A stretch of 64,000 nt of DNA from Hemiscyllium ocellatum (taxonomy: Eukaryota), in contig NC_083450.1 in the NCBI RefSeq assembly GCF_020745735.1, positions 10,289,883-10,353,882 of the forward strand, read 5' to 3'. The translations under genes were made by a program, and so were the position numbers. The notes below the pieces were generated by a model, which saw nothing but the letters and a program-made list of their open reading frames with translations, had not been told where the DNA came from and ran no database searches. Position 1 is the stretch's first letter. Each line of letters begins with the position of its first letter. Shown here one piece after another: positions 13,690 to 24,500 of the stretch.

Positions 13690-14750
13690 GGAAGCTGTGA
13701 GTGGCGCATGAGCTACCACTTGGAGGTAATTTTAAAATGAGGGAAACCAAGGTAGAGATATATAAACATTTTTACTGGCCTGGCCTGTAGAAGCATGACG
13801 TTGAATTTCCCAGACGTGTAATATATGTCAGCTAACCAGCAAACCACAGACATAATAAAACCTGCACCTTTACTACCTATTCCAGCATTTGAAGAACATT
13901 TCGCGCGTCTTGATTCATTGCGTATGTCCCCTATCTCAAACAAAAATTGAGATTTAGTAGTTATGGACAGTAATGGATGTGTCGACTAGATTTCCAGGGG
14001 TAATCCTATTATGCAACATCACAGCTAAAAGGGTTGTACATGAATTATGTAAACTATTTTACGTGGTACGGACTACTAAACTACTAAAAGAGATCCAGTC
14101 AGATCAAGGGTCAAACTTCACATCTAAACTATTCAAGGTGGGTATGGATAACTTGGGAATAAAGCAATTCAAATCTATTGTGTACCATCCACAATCGCAG
14201 GGAGTGCTTGAGAGATGGTCATCAAACACTAATGGCCATGTTGAGGGATTATTCTCAGGATTGTATAGATGATTGGGATAAGGGAGTTCCGTTTGTACCT
14301 ATTGCGATCAGAGGTGCATCGAATGAATCGACCAAATTCAGTCCATTTGAATTAAGTTTTGGGCATGAAGTAAGAGGACTGTGAAAACTGATTAAGGAGA
14401 AATTAATCAGTCTAGAATTTAGAGATTACCCATTTGGAATATGTGTCAAATTTTAGAGAATGATCAAATATAGTTGAAGAGTTGGCGAGACAACATTTAA
14501 AAGTATTGCAGCATACGATGAAACAGGAATTGGATAAGAAATCACAAATTTTCAATTTTACAATTGGGGATAAGGTATTAGTGTTACTTCCAGTGACAAG
14601 TGAGCCTTTAAAAGCAAGGTTTAGTGGACCGAATCAAATTGAGAAGAAATTGAGTGAGGTGAACTATTTGATCAGGACTCCAGACAGGAAGAAATCTCAC
14701 AGAGTATGTCAAATGAATATGCTCAAAAGATGTTTTGATAGGGAAGGAAA
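13690..14750 (+). pseudogene. Integrase remnant (placed before RT)
   Basis: HHCC remnant (AHE...GG; FYWPGL), core KEIQSDQGSNFTSKLF and YHPQSQGVLERW, FSPFELSFGHEVRG, and C-terminal LKARFSGPNQIEKKLSEVNYLI. Confidence 0.9.
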
Positions 14751-14949
14751 GCAAGAAAAGAAGGTGTTCATGATTAAAGCACAGAAGGATGAACCAAGTT
14801 CAGAGGATTCTGAATTGGACATTCCTCAAATCAAATTGGAGAATGAGAAAGTTGTCAAAAATTATTGGGTTACCTTCCACAAGAAAATCGAAATGACCTG
14901 AAACAGTTATTATTATTACATGGGAAGATAAACGGAAATAAACTGGGAA

Positions 14950-16220
14950 ATTGTAACCCAATTGTGCATGATGTAGATATAGGAGATGCTGTTCCGATTA
15001 AGAGACATCCTTACAGGAGTAACTCTCTAAAGCTGGCATATGTTCTAAAGGAGATCGAGCACGCGCGCTAAGACGACATAATCGAAATGAGTTAGTGACT
15101 GGAGCTCATCCACAGTCATGGTGGCAAAGCCAGATTGTACCCAACGGTTCTGTGTGGACGATCACAAAGTCAACACTGTTGCAAAGACTGATGCACAGCC
15201 AATTCTACAGTTGGAGGGCTGCGTTGAAAAAATGGGACAAACAGCTTATATTTCTAAATTGGACTTGTTCAGAGGCTACTGGCAAGTATTGCTGCCAGAG
15301 AGCGAAGGCAAATTCGGCTTTCATAACACCAAATGGAACTATATAAGTTCAAAGCCATGCTATTTGGTATGAAAACGCTCCACCCACATTTCAGAGACTC
15401 ACTACTAAGATCATTGCCGGATTACCCAACTGTGTGGTGTTATACTGATGACCTGGTGATTTTAAATCACTCATGGAAGAAGCGTTTGCAGCATTTATCA
15501 GACTTGTTTGATCGAGTGCAGAAGGCAGACTTGATGGCAAACCTAGTTAAAAGTGAATTTCTGGGCCATTCCTGGACAAAGATGAATGGTCCCATGGGAT
15601 GTGAAAGTGAAAGTAATTGGGGAATTTCCCACACCATGAACAAAAAACACGTACAGTTTCTGGGGTTGAGTGAATTTTATCAAATGTTTGTGCCAAACTT
15701 TAGCCATGTGGCTGCTCCACTCATCAATTAGTTTAAAAGGTGGAAGAGGCTTCTGTGGATAGCAAGGTAAAAAGCATTTGATAACCGAAAATATGCTTTC
15801 ACCACTGCCCCAGTATTAGCCACACCGGATTATATGAAGCCTTTCAAGATGGCTATCGATTCCAGTGATGTGGGTGTCAGTTCAGTGCTTCTGAAGGAGG
15901 ATGATGATGGAATTGAAAGACGAAACAGGTAGTCTTCCAGAAAGCTAAACGTTCATCAACAGAAATATTCAACTGTTGAAAAATTGACTTGAAGCTAGGT
16001 GTTGGCATTACAACATGTCAGTGTTCATATTACCAGCAATGCAGCTGAGATAATCATATACACTGATCATAACCTACTGACATTTGTGGAAAAAAATTAA
16101 GAACACAAATATCAGACTGTTTCGATGGAGCATGTTGTTTCAGCCATTCAATTTGACAATTGTGCATCTGGCAGGTCGTGAAAACGTGATTGCTTGTACG
16201 TTATCGAGACTCAAATGAGG
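14950..16220 (+). pseudogene. Reverse transcriptase / RNase H remnant
   Basis: PIKRHPYR, RFCVDDHKVN, ISKLDLFRGYWQV, YTDDL, VQFLGLSEFYQMFVPNFSHVAAPL, and RNase H-like DSSDVG and YTDHN remnants. Confidence 0.9.
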
Positions 16221-16399
16221 TACGGAGGTTTTCGGTGGTGAGTGTGATGCGGCCTGAATTTGCATGTGGTTGTGCATGTTTGAATGTTTTTAGTTAGTAT
16301 AAAGCATATGCATGTTTAGACCACTAACCGGGTTTGAAGTATTTTAAAAATGAAGCCTATCATTTGGTCGTGATGGTTCAGCTTTTTTAAGGGAAGAGG

Positions 16400-17038
16400 T
16401 GTCCCAAAGCAGGTTCCGTTTTTACTAAAAGCTGTTTCTTTTCTCGAGGATACGATGTCCTTACTTTTATTTCAGAGGTGTCGTAAATCCTCCGGATGCA
16501 AATCAGACTGGTTTGGTACAGGTATTAAAGGGTATTGAGAAGCCTTTGTGTTTATATGTAAACAGATGAGACTTCAGGCCTAAGTGGTCATGTTTTAGAA
16601 GTGAACTGTATAATTAAAGGGGCGTTGTCAGCTCTTTAGCCGAACAGTTCAGTCCAGAACTAGTGGGAAGTTCAACAGTGAGCTGTGTGGAAACTCTCTC
16701 TCTTTCTGCCCTTCTAACATCCACCTGTAAGCATCTGTTCCTTATTTTTAACTCGCCTCTAAAGGGATTTGCTTTTTGAGACTGTTGTGTATATTTGGAA
16801 CAGCAAAATTAAGTCTCGTTTCGATCGACTGAGTTCTTTAAGAGCTCTTCATTCTGTTCCTTGTGTTTCATTGTGGAGTTTTGTGCATACATCTTTTGTC
16901 AGTTTCAAACCATGGTAGTCAGCCTAGCTAGCGTACACTGGGTAACTTCCACTGTACACTTACCAAAGCAAATTGCAAAGCTATGATCTGGGTTGTCTGC
17001 TCAGGAATGTCTTGAGAGATCTGACCTAGTCCATAACA
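16400..17038 (+). repeat. 3' LTR of the Gmr1-like element
   Basis: Starts TGT right after the purine tract aagggaagagg, ends CCATAACA, and is followed by the TSD CATT. Confidence 0.9.
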
Positions 17039-17284
17039 CATTGCAAACAAAATCTCTTCAGCCTTAGAAGCATTTGGGTTCTCGAGCCTAAAGCTCCATC
17101 ACCTGCTATTAGAAATATGCATTACTTATCTCGTTTCAAATAAAAAGGAATAAGAATGCCTATTCTAGGTGGAATGGAAATGATCCCTGGCATTGGTAAT
17201 TTCAGTCATAACATAGAGTGGAAGTTTCAGAGTGTCTGAAAGGTAGAAACTGAAAAGCTTACATGATCCCAGAAATTAGGAGAA

Positions 17285-17720
17285 AGTGTGGACTGCAGAT
17301 GATTGAGTGTCAGAGACGAAAAGGGTGGCACTGGAAAAGCAGAGCAAGTCAGGCAGTATCCAGGGAACTGCAGAATCGATGTTTCGGGCAGTACCCCTTC
17401 ATTAGCAATATGGAGATGGGTGATAAGGGATAAATGGGGGAGGGGTTGCTTGGAGTGGGAATGGGATAAGGTAGTTGGGAGGTGATAGATGAATGTAGAT
17501 GGAGGTTATTGTGATACGTCAGTCGGGATGAATCGGTTGGGGGGAAGAAAGATCAACAGATTGGACAGGTCAAGAGCACAGTCCAGAGTTGGAGGTTTGG
17601 AACTGGGATGAAGTGCAAGAGGGGACTTTTGGAAACAAGTGAAGGTGATATTGATGTCATGTGGTTGAAGGGTCCCATGGCAGAAGATGAAGCATTCTTC
17701 CCCAGGTAGTTTGCATTATA
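17285..17720 (-). mobile_element. Penelope-associated pLTR/short element (ctggaaaagc.cagca.gtcaggcagcatc family)
   Basis: Characteristic terminal sequence followed by cgatgtttcgggcagtaccccttcattag (reverse hammerhead-like) and a purine-rich tract. The family assignment is from recall. Confidence 0.55.
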
Positions 17721-17917
17721 TGAAGTGAAACAGTGTGCTCAAGAGAATTGAAGAATGGCATGAACTGATGTCTATGTGGATTAAATGGATGATTGAAAGC
17801 AATCTGCCAGGTCGATAAACTGATTCAAATGCCAGATGGCACTTCAATATTAAGTAAGGATTAGAATTAAAAACAAAAAATTCCTATTACCTATGGCAGT
17901 TATGCTGTAACTTGATG

Positions 17918-17923
17918 TTTATT
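17918..17923 (-). terminator. Candidate polyadenylation signal (AATAAA) of the VJ-C1 gene
   Basis: First canonical AATAAA I found on the minus strand downstream of the stop codon (~630 nt); position only. Confidence 0.35.
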
Positions 17924-18554
17924 TTGAGCACTCGTTATCATAAAAAGAACTTGAGTTTGGATCATTGAATATATATGAGGTTGATTTAGAAGGCACACTG
18001 ATTAGCAATAGGTTCAAATGTCATTGGTATTAATAAAGGAAGTGGAATCAAGGTCAGATGAACTTTTACAAGGAAATGAAGTCGATTGGCCTTGGTGTGG
18101 GGCAGAGGAGTCTTCCGTATTTGCAGGTAGGAAGACGAAAATAGTTATTGCATGAAAAAACATTTTATGTGCTTGTACGCCTTGAGAGAATCGAAGTTGA
18201 ATAGCTAGCTAATTGGCATGCATGCAATTATACTGTGTTCTGATGTGGTCAGTTGGATCAAAGTATTTAAAATGCCAGAAGGGTCTAGTCAGTAAGCACA
18301 AACTTCAGAATCGATAGAATGATTTGGACGGTGCAAAAGTAAAGATATCATGTGATCTTGGCAAAGACCCGGAGCTCAATTCTTGACACGCTTATCGTGA
18401 CAGAAAATAAAATCACACATAAAAATTAATTGGACGACATGTTGAATAACAGTATGACACAGAGCTATGTACCAAATACATGGATTTAGGCATGGGTTTA
18501 GCAAAAGTCTTTTTTCATTTAAATATGGATACAAATACTTCCTTCTTTTTTCTA

Positions 18555-18599
18555 TTAGAATGTCGGATCCGCTGTAAAAGCCAAATCAGCATAGACAGT
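18555..18599 (-). CDS. Exon 6: terminal coding exon with ITSM/ITIM-like motif (TVYADLAFTADPTF*)
   Basis: Strong acceptor ggtctttttttccttcctcag|ACT in phase 0, matching exon 5; gives T-V-Y-A-D-L then TAA. It is 5 kb from exon 5, so the linkage is inferred. Confidence 0.72.
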   Translation of the reverse strand, partial: TVYADLAFTADPTF

Positions 18600-21500
18600 C
18601 TGAGGAAGGAAAAAAAGACCATTGTGAATGTGGAAATATATGGGTAGTAGTCGTTCATTTAATGTTCCGAACATCTATTCAATTAAATAACAACTGATTC
18701 TTAAAGCTACATATATGCAACTGTTTCAACTGAAAAGCCAACATTATAAAAACGAAGGTGAATTATTTTTAGCTTTCCACCACCAAACGTGCGTAATTTT
18801 GTTCATAGAATCATGAAGGCATGCAGTACAGGGAAGGCCTTTATAACCCATCAAATTTGTATCATAAAAGCTATAAAAGTTCTTATTTACTCCCACCTGG
18901 CCGTTAACCTTGGATGTAATGAGTACAAGCACTTTTCATCCAAGTACTTTAAAAACTTTAACATTCCCTACACACCCTGGCACAGAATTTCAGAACTATA
19001 ATGCTCTCTGGGTGTTGCTCCCCCATCCAAAATTCCTTATACATCTCTTGTCTTTCATGTAAAGTACACCCTTTTGATACTGACTCTCCAACTCAGAAGA
19101 ATGGCTGACGTCTATCCATTCTATCTATGCACCTCATAATTAAGTATACCACTACCAGGTTTCCCCTCAAGTCATCTGTTGCAAAACAGAAAACAAGTCT
19201 ATTCGTTCCCTAGTCATAGCTAAATGCTCAAGACGAGGGAACATCTTGGGGCATCCCAACTGCACATCTTCCACCGCAATCACATCCTTCTTATTAAAAA
19301 GAACTGCACACAATGTCCAAGCTGGGCTCTAACCAAAGTTTTGTACACCTTCAAAAATATCCCCGATCTCTCAATCTATGTCATGACTGATAAGGGCAAG
19401 AGTCTGTACAATTTCAAAACTTACTTATTAGCTTGTTGTGCCATCTTCAAGGATCTGTGGAGAAGCATCACAAGACCTTTCTTCTCCTCTGATTTCAGCA
19501 TGACTCAGTACTCCCTTATTCTGTTACTCCTACCAAAGTACATCACCTCACATGCATCAGAGTTATATTCCAGCTGCCAATGATTTGCCCTTCTGACAAA
19601 TTCGCTTCCGTCCTCCTGTAACCTAACTGATTCTTCCTCATGGTCAACCACCTGACCAATCTTTGTGTCTTCCACAAAGTTAACTTTCATTCTCTGAACC
19701 CCATTCAGATTCTCATTTACATCGTTTATGCATACATAACAAACAAGAAGACAGCCAAACTGATTGATATGGCACGCAATTGTCACGGTCCTTCAATCAC
19801 ACCTACAACCTTCGATCACCAGCCTGTGTCCCTTCTTTTGCATCAATTTACAAGTTATCCTGGACTACATGTGGTTTAATCGTATTTATCAGTTACCTCA
19901 GCTTCAGAGCATAAACTCCCTACATTTGACTCATGTGTCCCTACCAACCCTCCAAAGAGAATAGCATCAAAACCGTGCTTTTCTCATGGCTAAGTCATGC
20001 AATCCATAATTTTTTTTAACTATGGGTAACTTATCACTGCCAATGAAACTAAATTGCATATCTTTGCACTATGGGAGGAAAGAGTCGAAAGAGTAGAAAA
20101 GAACAGCAGATCAGGCATCAGCTGAGGAGCTGGAGAGTCAGGTTTTGCACATGATCCCTTCATCAGGAATGAGAGCAGGTAGGCGAGAGTGCAGAGAAAT
20201 AAGTGGGGGGTGTGAGGCTTGGTTGAATGCATCTTGGAAGGCGATCGGTAGATGCAGGGGGGTGGGGGATGATGGTGATAGGTCAGAGTGGAGGGTGGAG
20301 CGGATACCCTAGTACCTGATACAGTGAGGCAGCTCTGCTAACCACTGAGTCACCATGCCATTCGAACATTTCTGACTGAGCATTACAGTTCAGTATCCTT
20401 GGCCCACCGTCTTCAGCTACTTCTTCATGACTTTGTGACCATCATGAAGTTAGAAGCTGGAATATTTGCTCATGACATAACAAGGTTCAGAAAATTTGTG
20501 ACTGCTCAAGTACTGAAGTTGTCCATGACCAAGTGCAACAAGTCCTTGATAAAATTGACAAGTACCATTCATGCTACAACTATCTGGCATTTGTCATCTC
20601 CAGAAGGAAAAATACAGTCCTTGTGATTTACATCGTTACCATCATTGAACACCCACTATCACCATTCTGGGGATATATCAATGACAAGAAAATAGACAGC
20701 ATTTGACATATGGCTAAAAGATCAAATCCAAAACCTGGAATCATGCATTGAGTTTTACGCAATCTTCTCAGCAAAGCCTGTGCACAATCCACGAGGTACA
20801 AATTTTTAAATGCCAAAATTCTAAAAATATGCGAAGAGCTGGACACGATCAATGCCAAAGCATTCCATGTCGTAGGCACCTGAACCATAAAGAACTGGTT
20901 CCTCTAAACGGCGAAGAGTGCAAGACAATAAAAAACGTGAGTAGGAGTAAGCCATTCTGATCCTAGAATGTGCTGCACCAGTCAGTCGGATGATGGCTGA
21001 TCAGACATTCCTAATTTCCACATTTCTGTGTTTTCTCAATAGCATTGGATTCCCAAAGTCATTAAGAATTTGTCTACCTCATCATAGATTTTGCATATTC
21101 TCCCTCCACAGTTCTGTGACAAAGTGTTCAAAAAACTCATACCACATGAGGGACGAGAATCCTCATCATTTCGTTCTTAAACTGGCAACGATTTATTCTG
21201 ATATGATTCCCTTTGGCCCTAAACTCTCCCTTGATGTCAAAATTCCTGTCAACATTTGCCCCGTCAAACCCTCGATGCTCAGCATAGGCAGTGCGTTCGA
21301 TCTACAACAGGACTGCAACAAATTATACTGAAGAACTTTATGCAGAATCTTTCCGACACACAGACTACCATCTACAATAAAAAAAGATAGCAGAAATATT
21401 GGAACGCTATTACTTGCAATTTCTCCTTCATCTCACTAAATCATTCATGTTTGGACTTTTTTTCAACGTTTCTTTTGTGTTCCTCGTGCAGAGTCCTTGG

Positions 21501-24500
21501 ACTTTCTCCCGAATGGCGTGTGGGGTTCTTGACACGATGTGTACTTTAACATGTTGGTGTCCTTTATCTTGCATTTCTTCTTTCTTTTTAGCTCTTCTTG
21601 TTCTTTTTCTTTAATCTTCATTTTCTTTTCTAAATTCTGGAGAATGTGGGAGAAAGAGAGACTTTTGGCTGCAACAGCGGGGACAGCAAACAAAAGACGA
21701 GACGGACACTGTTCCAAGGCAACCCAGGATCTGCCAGCGAGAGAGGATCACATCACAAGCTGCAATTTCCCGCCCCAGACTCTTAAGCTAGATCGAGGTT
21801 CCAGGCTCACAGCTAGGCACGGTTGCCTGGAGAGGGAGAAGTGGCGGTCTTAGCACAGTGCATCTGTCTCCTGCTCTGGCAGTCTTGTTCCAGCATGGTA
21901 GTCTTGTCCTGGCGTGGACGTCTCGTCCCTCTGTGGAGGTCGTCTTCGTCTTTGACGTCCAGATATTCTAACAGCCTGTCAGGCAGTCGCGTTCAGGAGT
22001 GGCGGTCTTGTCCAGGATTTGCAGTGAAGGCTGGCCTGGCAGTCTCATTTAGTGGAGGCTTCTAGCCCAGTATTCCAGTTGCCCAGCATGGTGATCTTGT
22101 GTGGAATGTTGATCACCTTACGCTTGCGACTTCAGATTATTCCATTGTTCCTTAATTGGCTTCTCCCCAGCCTAGGAGCCGTTAACTAAACTGTGATGAA
22201 CTTTATCATAATTTTATGCTTTCCGTATTTTGTATGACTTCTGTCAGTGACGTAAATACCTTGTTGGGGAGACTTATAAGTATTTTCACCATATTTTCAT
22301 GTAAGAGTACACGTGACAATACATTTCTGTTTCATTCTATCATATCCTATCTGGTGACTAAGCAAAGCGATTCTCACAACGCTTGAAGAAATTGGATCAA
22401 AAATAGCAAAAGGAAAAGGCTGCTTTCCAGTGTTCACTTTTAACATAACTCTAGAGTTCTGGAGTCTAAACCATCAAACGTTAAGTGATAAAGCCAAATA
22501 AAAGACATCTCACCAGTTTCAGTGAGGTGATGGCATGATGGCATTGTCACTCGACTATTACTCTGGAAACAAATGTAATGACCTGACTGAGTTCAAATTC
22601 CAACCCCACTCCCACGGCAGATTGTGGGATGTGAATTCAATAAAACTCTGAAATGATGACAATGTATCCAACCCAATTGTTGGACAAATAACCCCTTGGA
22701 TCACTTCAAGAAGTGGGAAACGCCACTGTCCGTCTCAGTGATGCTCAGCAGGAGGTGTTCGAGAGATTCTAGTTACTGTGAATAACTCTCACCAGAAGTC
22801 TAGTTACATCTCTGCAGTCAAGAAAGCTCACCAAATGCCTGTATTTCCTCAGAAGGCTAAGGAAAATCGGCATGTCCGAAATGATCTTTATCCACTTTTG
22901 CAAACGTACCATGGAGTACATTCTAAATGCAAAATGGAGAACATTCTGTCAGGATGCATTAAAGCTTGGCATGTCAACTGCTCTATCCAAGAACACAACG
23001 AGTGACATAGAATTTTGAACGGAGCGAATTCATTATGAAAAACAGTCTTCCTTCCATTGACCTCATCTGTAGTCCCCGTTGCCTCGTTAAAATAGCCAAC
23101 AAAATCAAAGAGTCCCCACTTCTACCATTTTACTCTTGCACTTTTTCACATGGACAGAAATGCAAAAACGTTTTAACAGTTACCAACTGACTTAAGAACA
23201 GCCTCGTCTTCTCTATTATCAAACTTATGAACAGATGTCTCATATATTAGAGTCGATCTGTCTCTGCACCTTCTCTGTAGCTGAAACATTATATTCTGAA
23301 TTGTGTTCTGTTATCTTAATATACTATTGAAAAGTATGATTTGTCTTGGGAGTGTTCAAAATAATATTTTTCAATTTATCTCGGTACAAGTGACAGTGCT
23401 AAATCGAATCAAATGAAAACATAACGCCCTTTAGAGTTGAAAACGTCCATCCTTACCTGATCTGGTTTATATGTGACTCCAAACTTACAGCAATGTGCGT
23501 GGATCTGAACTGGCCTCTGCATATAAATACTGGGCTAGCCAACGACTCCCTTTTCGAGTGAATGAATAATAAACAAAATTAAGGTCATTAGAAAGAAGAA
23601 CTTGAAGCCCTTACCTCTTGCGTTTGTCTAGGCCCAGCAGTTTTCCAGTTTCCTGATATAAAGAGAAACGTAATAGTTCATAAATTATCACTTTTATCAG
23701 GTTAATTTAAGTGCAAGAATTTTATAGCACAATAACACAAAGACAAGGATATGGAGCAGAATAGATTCACAGCACCAAAAAACATTCTATACCTGAATGG
23801 CGATTTCTGTATCTCCATCCCGTGATAATAATCAATATAGCAAGGAGGAAAATAATCGCTAAAGCACTCCCATAAATATTTAAAAGGCAAATGTTCTGTG
23901 GAACTTCTGTAGGAAAAAAATCAAGAGCTTTTAAAAGTATGTAATCTGCACCAATACACAGTTGTACCAAACAGATGGAGACACACCGAAACGTAGCTGG
24001 CGATGGGGAGTAATTTTGTAACCTGCTGGACAAGGAATATACAAGTAGAATGCTGGAAAGTGACTGTNNNNNNNNNNNNNNNNNNNNNNNNNNNNNNNNN
24101 NNNNNNNNNNNNNNNNNNNNNNNNNNNNNNNNNNNNNNNNNNNNNNNNNNNNNNNNNNNNNNNNNNNNNNNNNNNNNNNNNNNNNNNNNNNNNNNNNNNN
24201 NNNNNNNNNNNNNNNNNNNNNNNNNNNNNNNNATGTAGTAAGATACGAAAAATACTGAAATCGTTGAAGTGTACAGCAGAGAATGAATTTGTAATATTCC
24301 CCATGTGTTGCTGATTCCTTGCTACACACAAATCTTAATTTTATTCCCTTCTCGGATTTTATCCTCAGTTACAAGCATTATTTGTATCAAATCCAAATTC
24401 CACTTTGCCTCCTGAAGTGTATAACTGTCAACATTTCTCGAAACGCAAAAATGTGCACTTATAGTTCTATACTTTCGGCCTCACATTTTACTTCTCAGAG

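Larger units (their letters stand above)
10855..17038 (+). mobile_element. Full-length, decayed Gmr1-like Ty3/Gypsy LTR retrotransposon (LTR-gag-PR-IN-RT-RH-LTR) with 4-bp target-site duplication CATT
   Basis: Two related LTRs both end CCATAACA; CATT occurs at 10851-10854 and 17039-17042; PBS follows the 5' LTR and a purine tract precedes the 3' LTR. Translated remnants show integrase upstream of RT. Many stops and frameshifts. Confidence 0.92.

Noticed and set aside
21463-21717. Hydrophobic / lysine-rich ORFs (21399-21853)
   Set aside because: They arise from T-rich low-complexity sequence; no splice or domain support.
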